Shown piece after piece: positions 26,988 to 36,209 of a stretch of DNA of 64,000 nt. How positions within the stretch are numbered: the stretch's first letter is position 1; each line of letters opens with the position of its first letter. The notes below the pieces were generated by a model, which was not told where the DNA came from, did not search any database, and saw only the letters and a program-made list of their open reading frames with translations. The translations under genes and the position numbers were made by a program. The stretch lies in the sequence record PV611058.1. One strand, written 5' to 3'.

Positions 26988-29274
26988 ACGCAATAACTTT
27001 TTCTACTGCTTTAGTGCGTTTAGGTTTGATAGCCAATTTACCATCAATCACATCAAACGTCACGTTACCACCATTAACTAGAGAACCACACAACATCTCT
27101 TTAGCTAGTGGAACACGGATGTTTTGCTCAATAGTGCGTTTCATTGGACGTGCACCCATCCCAACTTTAACACCATTTGTTGCCAACCACTCACGTGCCG
27201 CTTTAGTCAGGGAAACTTTAACTTTGCGGTCTTTGATTTGTTCATTCAGACTACCCATGAACTTATCAATGATGCTGTCAATCGCTTCGCTGCTTAGGTC
27301 TTTGAATGTCACAATACTATCGATACGGTTGATGAATTCAGGTGGCAAGAATGCTTTAATCGCTTTATCTTGTGCTGTATCACTACCGCTCATCCCAATA
27401 CTACGCTTGGTTGAATCTGCTGCACCAAGGTTAGTTGTCATAATAACAGTTACGTTATTGAAGTAAACAGTTTTACCTTGTGAACCAGTCAAACGTCCTT
27501 CGTCCAGAACCTGTAGGAAGGTTAGTAGTACTTTACGATCAGCTTTTTCGATTTCATCAAGCAACAGTACTGCATTCGGGAACTGCTCAATCTTGTCGAG
27601 TAGCAGACCGTTACCGGAATCGTGACCAACATAGCCTGGAGGTGAACCAATCAGTTTAGCAACAGTATGTTCCTGTGAAAACTCGGACATATCGAAACGA
27701 ATCAGTTCAGAGCCAGTTGCATCAGCCAGTGCTTTGGTAATTTCAGTTTTACCAGTACCAGATGGCCCAACAAACATGAATGCACCTTGAACACTTGATT
27801 TATCACGCAGACCAGCACGAGCTACCATCACGTTATCAACCAGTTTCTGTACTGCTTCTTCTTGACCGTATACACGAGAACGTAGTGCATCTGGTAGATT
27901 ACGCATACGTTCACTTTCAGTGCAAGCAACCACGTTAATATCTAGGTTTGCGATACCTGCAACAACTTCTTGAATCAGTGCAACAGTGATGATGTTATCA
28001 TCAGTTTCACGAGAACGTACTTTCGCTGCCGCCGCATCCATTAGGTCGATTGCTTTGTCAGGGAAGTGTTTGTTCTTCAGGAACTTATCACTTAGTGTAA
28101 TAACTGCATCCATAGCTTCAGTACTGAACTCTACGTTATGGAAAGTTTCATAAGTAGATTTCAAACCATTCACAATCGCACGGGTTTCATCAATTGTTGG
28201 CTCAACTACATCAATTTTCATGAAACGGCGAGTTAATGCACTATCTTTTTCGATGTTTTTACGATATTCATCGTAAGTTGTTGCACCGATTACACGAATC
28301 TCACCACGAGATAGTGCAGGTTTGAGCATGTTACTCATATCCATAGAACCGTTGCTTGCTGAACCAGCACCAACCATAATATGGATTTCATCGATGAACA
28401 CAATAGTGTTTTCACGTTTCTTCAGTTCTTTTAGTAGGTTATCGATACGTTCTTCGAACTCACCACGGTACTTAGTACCAGCAGTCAGTGCACCTACGTT
28501 CAGAGACAGAATTTCAACATCTTTAAGATGCTCTGGTACTTCACCATCAGCGATTGCCTGTGCTAGACCGTCAATGATTTGAGTTTTACCAACACCAGCT
28601 TCACCAGTCAGGATGGCATTCTTCTTAGTCTTACGGGCCAGAGTTTCAATCAGTGCAGAAAGCTCTTTCTGGCGACCAATCATTGGGTCAAGTTTACCTT
28701 CTTTTGCAAGTGCGGTTAGGTTAGTGGTGTAATCTTCTAAACCTTTTTGTTTGGACGATGGTTGCTGTTGTGCCACTTTTTTCTCCCCAGTTGGCTCATC
28801 ACTAATGCTTTGAAGGTTGATTCCGTTGTCGATTGCTTCTACGTGCTTCTGTAGAGTTCGTGCTGCTTCAGTACAAGTGATACCCTCTTCACGCAATGCT
28901 GCTTCTAGTGCAGTATTTGGGAAGGACAAACACTCAAACAGTACAAAATAAGCATCAATTGAGAAATCATCACGTTTAAGTTGCTCAATTACTGATTTCT
29001 TAGAAAGTTCCTGAACTACACGGTTCACGAGAAGTGATGTGCGGTTCGCTTCATCACCATCAGCACTTTTAGGTGCATGTGGGAATGTTGTATTCTTCAG
29101 ATATGCAATCAAACGACCGTGTAGGTTGTCTGCATCGATGTTCATATCTTCAAATACTGCTTTGATGCTATCGATTGTCAGTACTGTAGCACTTAGATGG
29201 TCAATAGTCAAGAAGGTATGACCCAGAGAAGTTGCCAGTTCGTCGCTTTTTTTGAATAATTGGGTAAGATTCAT
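26986..29274 (-). CDS. clpA: ClpA-type double AAA+ unfoldase
   Basis: Clp N-domain; D1 GEAGVGKT/FIDEIH/KYRGEFE; D2 GPSGTGKT/LLDEIEK/PPGYVG; no ClpB middle domain; IGM loop. GGAG SD before MNLTQ. Confidence 0.9.
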   Translation of the reverse strand: MNLTQLFKKSDELATSLGHTFLTIDHLSATVLTIDSIKAVFEDMNIDADNLHGRLIAYLKNTTFPHAPKSADGDEANRTSLLVNRVVQELSKKSVIEQLKRDDFSIDAYFVLFECLSFPNTALEAALREEGITCTEAARTLQKHVEAIDNGINLQSISDEPTGEKKVAQQQPSSKQKGLEDYTTNLTALAKEGKLDPMIGRQKELSALIETLARKTKKNAILTGEAGVGKTQIIDGLAQAIADGEVPEHLKDVEILSLNVGALTAGTKYRGEFEERIDNLLKELKKRENTIVFIDEIHIMVGAGSASNGSMDMSNMLKPALSRGEIRVIGATTYDEYRKNIEKDSALTRRFMKIDVVEPTIDETRAIVNGLKSTYETFHNVEFSTEAMDAVITLSDKFLKNKHFPDKAIDLMDAAAAKVRSRETDDNIITVALIQEVVAGIANLDINVVACTESERMRNLPDALRSRVYGQEEAVQKLVDNVMVARAGLRDKSSVQGAFMFVGPSGTGKTEITKALADATGSELIRFDMSEFSQEHTVAKLIGSPPGYVGHDSGNGLLLDKIEQFPNAVLLLDEIEKADRKVLLTFLQVLDEGRLTGSQGKTVYFNNVTVIMTTNLGAADSTKRSIGMSGSDTAQDKAIKAFLPPEFINRIDSIVTFKDLSSEAIDSIIDKFMGSLNEQIKDRKVKVSLTKAAREWLATNGVKVGMGARPMKRTIEQNIRVPLAKEMLCGSLVNGGNVTFDVIDGKLAIKPKRTKAVEKVIA

Positions 29275-29312
29275 GTATTCTCCTAAATGAGTAGTCACTC
29301 TAATTAATAAAC

Positions 29313-29340
29313 ATTATATCACATTCTTTGCGTTTGTCAA
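29313..29340 (-). promoter_or_regulatory. Sigma70-type early promoter of clpA, TTGACA-N16-TATAAT
   Basis: The minus strand reads TTGACAaacgcaaagaatgtgaTATAAT (perfect hexamers, TGn extension). Confidence 0.8.
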
Positions 29341-29382
29341 CAAGGTAAATAAAGATATACCCGATTTATTTTGGAGACAAAC

Positions 29383-30879
29383 ATGACATATAGAATGTGG
29401 AAAAAAGGTAGAACCAATGATTACAAGTTCATTGACTCTGCCATAGCAGAACAATACAACATCGGTGGTGTTGACATGTGGCTTTATGCCTATGTCGGAC
29501 CAAAACAAGTCGCTGATAACACTGATTTATCATACGGCGGTGATTATTATGGATCAGATAGTACCGTTGTGTCAAGCATTGGTGATTTAATTTTTGGGGA
29601 CACTCCAAGTCGTAACTATAATCTCGAAGCTATCACCTTAAGTTGCGTCTACCAAGTCCAAGAAGCAACTCCTGACTTGAAAATCCCAGGATTGTTCTTC
29701 AATTTTAACACAATGGACATCACAATTCATTATAACACAATGATTCAGCGTTTGGGAAGAAAAATTATGCCAGGTGACGTAATCGAACTTCCTAACTTAC
29801 GTGATTTTGATGTACTTGGTAAAGATTCTGGTTTAAACCGCTTCTATGTAGTACAAGATGGGTTTAGAACGTCAGAAGGTTACTCAGTTACATGGCAACA
29901 TCACATTTACAAACTCCGTGTTAAACCTCTTACTGATTCACCAGAGTATTCTGACCTTCTAGGTAACAATAACTACCCTGATGACCCAGATGATCCAAAC
30001 AACGGCAATGGTAATACTGATGATGGCTCTTCAGAGAACAGCAGCTATGGTAATGAAATGGATATTATGAACCGTATCATTATGCAAGCTGACGATGAAG
30101 TACCATACATTCATTTTACTAACGAACACTTGTTCGATGACAGACCAGATACTGTTGATTTGTCTAAGTATATGCTAAATGGATACGAATTACCAGAGGA
30201 ACCAGCAAATAAAATGTATTTCCTCAAGAAAACTTACCCAGTACTGAAAGAACTATCTAATGATACATGGATTTCTGTAGAAGTCAAGCGTGGAACAATC
30301 TTTCCTCGCAAACCGATGGATGGTGACTTCTTCTTTAAAGAAAACGAGGCTGATGTTACTGGCTTCTCATTGTATCAATACGATAAATCTGCCAAAAAGT
30401 GGCTAAATTGTGATGTTGAGTATACTACAGAAAGCACACCACCGCAAGGGGTTGATGATTTTTATATTGAATACAAAGAACCACACATTTATCAGTACTT
30501 AAATGGTAAATGGGGCGAACCAGAAGTAACTTACGTTAATGAACCATTCACTTCTAATAGTGTTTATGGAAATATAGATTCACAACAAGATTATCGTCCT
30601 AAGATTCCACCAGCACGCGGTACAGTTCCTGAAGGTAACATGTTCCCAAGTGATGCAGTTGATGGTGATTACTACTATCGTACCGATTATACACCAGTAA
30701 CCCTATGGGAATACAGTGCGTCCAAGAATTCTTGGGTAATTTTCGATTACGGCGGCAGAAAACCGTGGGAAGGTGCAGATCTTGCTCTAACAGAATTTGT
30801 TAATAGCCCGAACCGTGTACCATTACATGATGCAGTTAAACCTAATACAGTGTATCGTATACATAAGGATTCAGAATGA
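29383..30879 (+). CDS. gp14: Neck protein with C-terminal extension
   Basis: Directly upstream of gp15. N-terminal half resembles gp14-type neck proteins (GGVDMWLY, MPGDVIELP). GGAG SD. Confidence 0.6.
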   Translation: MTYRMWKKGRTNDYKFIDSAIAEQYNIGGVDMWLYAYVGPKQVADNTDLSYGGDYYGSDSTVVSSIGDLIFGDTPSRNYNLEAITLSCVYQVQEATPDLKIPGLFFNFNTMDITIHYNTMIQRLGRKIMPGDVIELPNLRDFDVLGKDSGLNRFYVVQDGFRTSEGYSVTWQHHIYKLRVKPLTDSPEYSDLLGNNNYPDDPDDPNNGNGNTDDGSSENSSYGNEMDIMNRIIMQADDEVPYIHFTNEHLFDDRPDTVDLSKYMLNGYELPEEPANKMYFLKKTYPVLKELSNDTWISVEVKRGTIFPRKPMDGDFFFKENEADVTGFSLYQYDKSAKKWLNCDVEYTTESTPPQGVDDFYIEYKEPHIYQYLNGKWGEPEVTYVNEPFTSNSVYGNIDSQQDYRPKIPPARGTVPEGNMFPSDAVDGDYYYRTDYTPVTLWEYSASKNSWVIFDYGGRKPWEGADLALTEFVNSPNRVPLHDAVKPNTVYRIHKDSE

Positions 30880-32219
30880 AAATAGATTATTATTATGATG
30901 GTCAATTTCGTCGAGTACTGAAACATCTTATCAGAGTGTTTGGTGAATTTCAAGTACAAAATGGTGTTGATGCTGACGGAAAACCAAAATATAAGAAAGT
31001 TCCTTGCCGCTATGCAGATATTTCACGTATGGCAGCAGCAATTATTAATGGTAACAGTGAGAACGTGCTTCCAACAGCACCAATCATGACCATTAGTGTA
31101 AACCAACTTAAACTAGATCGCAAGTCAGTTCGTTCGAACGCAAATGAAACATTAGTTATGGGGACTAACAAGTCCCCTGGAATTAACGAATATACTAAAG
31201 ACTTAGATAAACAGTATAAAGTAACTCGTCATAACCCAGTACCTTGGACATTTACTTTTGATGTTAATATTTGGGTTACACAAACACAAACCAAAATGGA
31301 ACTATTTGAGCAAATTTCAACATTGTTTGCTCCTAGTATTCAATTACAACTCTCCGAGAACCCATTGGATTGGACATCATTGAGTGATGTGGAGTTAATT
31401 GACTGTCAATTTACTACTCGTGGTTTCCCACAAGGAACAGATAGTGATTTGGATATAATGGTTTTGACATTTGAAACCACAATTTGGTTCTCTTTGCCAG
31501 CTATTGTTGAGAAACCAAAACTTATTCAACAAATTACCACCAATATTAAAGGTGCTCGTGATGAACTTGATTTTGAAATTGGTAATTACTCGGATATCAT
31601 TACTGATGTATTCACACCAAAGAACTTATGTATTAAAGTTGATGAAATAACAAACTCTGAACTTAATATTCCAGATACTTACCAACTCACTCTTGTTAGT
31701 CAATCACTATCAGAAACATCACCAAATGGTGGAATTTATTCATGGGAAAAATACCTTAAGTACTTGGACCCAGAATATGAAGACAAGACGGTTGGTATCA
31801 AATTCCAACAAGCTATAGAAGAGGACAACCCACTAAAAGGACACATCTCTTCATTTGGTGAAGGTGCTGAATCTAACAAGATTGTAGTTCAGCTTGATAA
31901 TAGTAATTATACTGTTGATTATACAATACATGGATTCATTAGTAAAAGCTCTTTGTTATATAACGCACTGCCTGAACAATATTATGTAAATAATAGCATA
32001 CATAACATCATTTACAAAGAGACTGAAATCCCAGCGAACTATTTGTTTAAAATTACCAATGATGGAGCAGAACTTATTGAGCCATCACTAGTACACAACT
32101 ATGTTTATAATATGGAAGATAGTGGGTATTATAGATATAATGACAAATTCAAATGGCATAAGAGTATTATGTCAGTATATCGTCAGGGGTATTGGAAAAT
32201 AACTTTCACTGACAAATAA
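30876..32219 (+). CDS. gp15: Tail sheath stabiliser / tail terminator
   Basis: YYYDGQFRR...KKVPCRYA...P.PW.FTF...QI..LF.P motifs align with T4 gp15. ATGA coupling to the upstream gene. Confidence 0.8.
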   Translation: MKIDYYYDGQFRRVLKHLIRVFGEFQVQNGVDADGKPKYKKVPCRYADISRMAAAIINGNSENVLPTAPIMTISVNQLKLDRKSVRSNANETLVMGTNKSPGINEYTKDLDKQYKVTRHNPVPWTFTFDVNIWVTQTQTKMELFEQISTLFAPSIQLQLSENPLDWTSLSDVELIDCQFTTRGFPQGTDSDLDIMVLTFETTIWFSLPAIVEKPKLIQQITTNIKGARDELDFEIGNYSDIITDVFTPKNLCIKVDEITNSELNIPDTYQLTLVSQSLSETSPNGGIYSWEKYLKYLDPEYEDKTVGIKFQQAIEEDNPLKGHISSFGEGAESNKIVVQLDNSNYTVDYTIHGFISKSSLLYNALPEQYYVNNSIHNIIYKETEIPANYLFKITNDGAELIEPSLVHNYVYNMEDSGYYRYNDKFKWHKSIMSVYRQGYWKITFTDK

Positions 32220-32231
32220 GGAGGTGTTGTT

Positions 32232-32696
32232 ATGAATGAAGCAGTAGGTGCTATATTTTTATCTAAAAGTACTGGACACATGATGTTAAACTTGAGATCA
32301 GAAAGAAGTACGTATTCTAACAACTGGGCATTTGTTGGTGGGAAGCTTGAGTATAATGAAACTCCGTTACAGGGTCTTATGCGTGAGATTAAAGAAGAGC
32401 TAGGTGATTCTATTCCAACGATAATAGATATTATACCATTTGATGTGTTCTGCACTAAGAATGGTAAATTTAAATACTATTCATTTGTCATTGTAGTTGA
32501 AAATGAATTCGTACCTACTTTAAATCATGAGAGTTCTGGTTATGCATGGGTTAAGATTGGCTCATGGCCTAAACCGTTACATCCTGGTGCAAAAAACACA
32601 TTACTCAACGCAAATTTAATGAAGGATTTTTATTCATTGTGGGAAAGTATACGACAAGGTACACAGTTTGTCAACAGCTTACCATATCGATATTAA
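32232..32696 (+). CDS. Nudix hydrolase
   Basis: Complete Nudix box GGKLEYNETPLQGLMREIKEELG. Confidence 0.92.
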   Translation: MNEAVGAIFLSKSTGHMMLNLRSERSTYSNNWAFVGGKLEYNETPLQGLMREIKEELGDSIPTIIDIIPFDVFCTKNGKFKYYSFVIVVENEFVPTLNHESSGYAWVKIGSWPKPLHPGAKNTLLNANLMKDFYSLWESIRQGTQFVNSLPYRY

Positions 32697-32729
32697 TAAA
32701 AAAAGGAGCCATTGGCTCCTTTTTTCTTT
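32697..32729. terminator. Bidirectional terminator
   Basis: AAAAAGGAGCC-att-GGCTCCTTTTT. Confidence 0.85.
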
Positions 32730-33830
32730 TTATACCCCAATCAGTGGGATACCTGTTATATTAAGTAGAACAGATGCTTGAAGCTTAACTGACTCACCTG
32801 CCGAAAGGTTGTTTACTATACCATCGACGCGGAACCCTAAGTTTTTATTAGAGTTGAGAGAGTTAATCACCCAGTTTTCGTAATCCGCTTTTGTAATACC
32901 ATTCGGATTTGGGAGAGTTGGGTCAACATCATTAATTACCATAGAAACATCCCAATTCGGGCGACTACTTGTAATTACATCCTTGATTGATTCTAGTTGT
33001 GTAATGCGACGTGGATCTGGAATCTGACTTGCACCAATTGAACCAGGAACAAATGTACCTTGGTTATCAACATAGAACTGACCTTTAATGAAAAATGTTT
33101 TTGAATTATACGGAAGAGAAACAATTTCACCTGTTGAATCACTAACTTCACGAATCATAATTTTCAATTCATAAAAATAGTTACTACCAAATTCAAACAC
33201 CCCAGTACCATTTGTGAATGTTGTCCAGTTATTTGAATCAACCTGTGAAGTGCCACCCATATTGAAGTAAGCTAATGGCTTAGTACTGTTACTTTGTGTA
33301 AATTCAATGTATTTCTTACCTGTATCATAGTTGATATCAAGTAGTGTGGAGTATTCTTTATTTTCAGGACGAGATGTTTGAATTTCACGCCATTCTTTAT
33401 TTTTCATTAGGACACGAAGGGAATCACCATTGCTGGTAAGAACCATACGACCCATAATACTATTTTCACCATCTGGTACTGTGTTGAAAATTGAAATCAT
33501 TGGGATAGATGCCCAGTCTGCTTCAGATGCAGTATCTACTGGTTGACGAGCATTATCAACTAATGCAAGAAGTAGTTCACCAGTGTTGCCAGTATTTCTG
33601 TACCAAATCTGACCATTAACGTTACCACGAGGTGCAGTAGCTCCACTGAAGTTCTCAACCAAGTGGAGGAAGTTTTCGTTCCAGGCTTGACCGTAACCAA
33701 CTTTATTTCGACCTGCAAAGTTTAACGGTACTGGGTTACTACCAGGTTGGTTTGGTCCTAATATTACGTTATTTGGAATGGTAGCATAAACGCTACCATT
33801 ACTTCTATAAATTGTATAACTTACACTCAT
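32730..33830 (-). CDS. Virion structural protein (baseplate/fibre-associated)
   Basis: N-terminal GRNKVGYG..WNENFLHLVENFS..P...GQIWY motif is common to structural proteins of large T4-like phages. Confidence 0.6.
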   Translation of the reverse strand: MSVSYTIYRSNGSVYATIPNNVILGPNQPGSNPVPLNFAGRNKVGYGQAWNENFLHLVENFSGATAPRGNVNGQIWYRNTGNTGELLLALVDNARQPVDTASEADWASIPMISIFNTVPDGENSIMGRMVLTSNGDSLRVLMKNKEWREIQTSRPENKEYSTLLDINYDTGKKYIEFTQSNSTKPLAYFNMGGTSQVDSNNWTTFTNGTGVFEFGSNYFYELKIMIREVSDSTGEIVSLPYNSKTFFIKGQFYVDNQGTFVPGSIGASQIPDPRRITQLESIKDVITSSRPNWDVSMVINDVDPTLPNPNGITKADYENWVINSLNSNKNLGFRVDGIVNNLSAGESVKLQASVLLNITGIPLIGV

Positions 33831-33842
33831 ATCATCACCTTA

Positions 33843-34451
33843 TTATTGTAGTTGGACACGAACTGTGTATTTGATTTGCAAAACACGGTTAGCACTTTTC
33901 TCAACTGGGTGAAAAATAATATGGGTAAGTGGAATACCGCTATCACCATTTGTATATAAACCCAATTCGTCAAATACATATGTCCCATCCATGCTAGTAC
34001 CAGAGCTAACACCTTGGTCAGATGGCTCACCTAAACCTAATGTACAAATACAGACAATATCAGTGTAAGCTTGGCCTGGAATGTGAACAGTTGTAATGTT
34101 GTTATATTGTGAATCAATACCAGCAGAGATACGTGGGTTGATTTTTTTCAGATAAGTCTGAGAATATAGACCACCGAAAGAAGTCACGCGTGGTTTCTTA
34201 TATGTGATACGACCAGTACTCAAAACTACTGTTCCACCATTACCAAAACGCATCTCACTAATAGATCCAATAGGAATACCAGTACTATCTTGATTATAAG
34301 CCAACGCATTAGCAATAGCAGTACTCATATTTTCAGGGTGAATTGCGTTTGATTTATCCAAAACGATTTTTTGGTTAGATGGATCAGTAACGTCAGTAAT
34401 TAGTACATGACCCTTAACAAATAGTTTTGGTTGTTCTGTTTCTAATTTCAT
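33843..34451 (-). CDS. Conserved virion structural protein (tail-collar/baseplate-like)
   Basis: KGHVLI..N.I, FGNGGT, FDELGL and HPVEKSANR.LQI.YTVR motifs. Confidence 0.55.
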   Translation of the reverse strand: MKLETEQPKLFVKGHVLITDVTDPSNQKIVLDKSNAIHPENMSTAIANALAYNQDSTGIPIGSISEMRFGNGGTVVLSTGRITYKKPRVTSFGGLYSQTYLKKINPRISAGIDSQYNNITTVHIPGQAYTDIVCICTLGLGEPSDQGVSSGTSMDGTYVFDELGLYTNGDSGIPLTHIIFHPVEKSANRVLQIKYTVRVQLQ

Positions 34452-34460
34452 TTCTAATCC

Positions 34461-34958
34461 TTAGTAGTTAATTAAAATTTGTTCTAACTTACCAGCTAAA
34501 CTTTTTTGTACATCAGATGGATACTTGCTAATGTAATCACGGTCAATACCGACTTTCAGATAGGTAAAGTTTCCGGTTAAGGTTTCAGCGAATGTACCAG
34601 TTGTACCTTGTTCTCTAATAAGGTCACCGCCATTTGGGTTAAGAATGACATTATCAGTAAATTCAAGATAGAAGTTGCAGCTTTCGGTAAATTTAATTGG
34701 GAACCAATCATCGTCAGATGGATTACTTGCCAGTGTAGCGAGTACGTAAATTCTACCAATGAAGTTACGTAGGGTAAAGGATATTGTATGTAATCCTGTA
34801 GTACTACCATAATAGCCGCCACTAGCTAATGGTAATGTTTGTTCGTTCCAATGATAATCTAAGTTAGCAGGATACCAGCTATCTGATTCAGGAAATTCTT
34901 GCCATGAACCATCTTTAGTTTTTCTTTTGAAGAGGAAGTCTTTTGATCTTAATGCCAT
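34461..34958 (-). CDS. Hypothetical, probably structural protein
   Basis: 165-aa ORF at the head of a minus-strand structural operon, with an AAGGG SD. Confidence 0.6.
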   Translation of the reverse strand: MALRSKDFLFKRKTKDGSWQEFPESDSWYPANLDYHWNEQTLPLASGGYYGSTTGLHTISFTLRNFIGRIYVLATLASNPSDDDWFPIKFTESCNFYLEFTDNVILNPNGGDLIREQGTTGTFAETLTGNFTYLKVGIDRDYISKYPSDVQKSLAGKLEQILINY

Positions 34959-35023
34959 TGTTAAGCCCTTTTAGTAGTGAACTTTCATTTATTTATTAAT
35001 GGCAACGAAATGTATTTTGTACT

Positions 35024-35031
35024 GATAAATA
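35024..35031 (+). promoter_or_regulatory. Late promoter variant GATAAATA
   Basis: Lies upstream of the fibre operon, in a divergent intergenic gap. Confidence 0.5.
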
Positions 35032-35067
35032 TTGGTATATGACATTAACTCATACAAGGGAAATATT

Positions 35068-36195
35068 ATGACAATTTCATTCAACAATGGGTCAGGTGGT
35101 TCATGTAATAATTCTGGCATCAAAAGTTTAGTTATTAACGCTGCTGGACATTTAATTGTAACCTATTCCGACAATACAATCCAAGACCTAGGTCTAGTGG
35201 TTGGACAAAATGGTGCTAACGGTAGAAACTTTTATCCAAATGAGATAGGTTTTGAAGTTCCTAATGAACTCTTCCGTGTTGGTGAAGAACTAGGGTGGTG
35301 TTATCTTAGTCTTGCAAACGGCACTAGTACTTTATATTTTAAATCAAACGATGCACAAGAAGCAATTAGTACTTGGAACCGTGTAGAGTTTGGTAAAGGT
35401 GATACTGGTGAAGCTGGTAAACCATTCCACATTGACAGTTCCGGTACTGTGTTTCCAACAACTGGTCTTTTCGATAATTACACATTCTATAATACTGAAG
35501 ATGGTAAATTATATTTCTATCAAAGCGTAACTGCAACATGGAGTGATGGTATTCCTTTCCGTGGTGAACAAGGTCTACGTGGTCGTTTCCATATTGATAG
35601 TACTGGTAGTCAATTCCCAAGCATTGATAATCTACCACAAGATTATTGCTTCTATAACACGACAGATGGTAATTTGTATTATGTCGATATCGTAACTACA
35701 TCATCAACCCCAACTAAAGAGTGGAGTGCTGGTATCTTATTCCGTGGAAAAGACGGTGAAGAAGGTAAGCAAGGTGAACAAGGTATTCAGGGTGAACCAG
35801 GTAAAGATACAGTTGTTATCATCAACACTATTGATCATTCATGGACTAACGCATTGTTAGTTATTGGTACATGCCCTGCTGGATACCTAGTAACTAATAT
35901 CGAAGTTGATATTAACCAAGCATATGATGAACCAGTAAATGAAATGTTTGTACGTTTCGGTGGTGAAGCACAAGAAGATATTGGCGGTACTGTAATTGCA
36001 CCTGTTGATTATTTCGATATCAACCGCAAAATGCGTTACATTGTTAACGAAACCAACCACGAAGTATCAAGTAAAGATGAAATCATTTCTTGTGTATTCA
36101 ATGATTCCGTAAACAACAGTTCATTTGGTGAAATGAAGATCGTTTGTACTTTATCATGGCAAGCACCTATTCAGCCTATTCAAGATAACATTTAA
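35068..36195 (+). CDS. Collagen-repeat fibre/adaptor protein
   Basis: Gly-X-Y runs (GKDGEEGKQGEQGIQGEPGKD, GDTGEAGKP, GEQGLRG) and two repeated FHIDS.G..FP...FYNT.DG.LY modules. Confidence 0.7.
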   Translation: MTISFNNGSGGSCNNSGIKSLVINAAGHLIVTYSDNTIQDLGLVVGQNGANGRNFYPNEIGFEVPNELFRVGEELGWCYLSLANGTSTLYFKSNDAQEAISTWNRVEFGKGDTGEAGKPFHIDSSGTVFPTTGLFDNYTFYNTEDGKLYFYQSVTATWSDGIPFRGEQGLRGRFHIDSTGSQFPSIDNLPQDYCFYNTTDGNLYYVDIVTTSSTPTKEWSAGILFRGKDGEEGKQGEQGIQGEPGKDTVVIINTIDHSWTNALLVIGTCPAGYLVTNIEVDINQAYDEPVNEMFVRFGGEAQEDIGGTVIAPVDYFDINRKMRYIVNETNHEVSSKDEIISCVFNDSVNNSSFGEMKIVCTLSWQAPIQPIQDNI

Positions 36196-36209
36196 AAGAG
36201 GGTTGATAA

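Noticed and set aside
27014-29221. Plus-strand ORFs inside clpA
   Set aside because: Antisense shadows of a well-supported gene.
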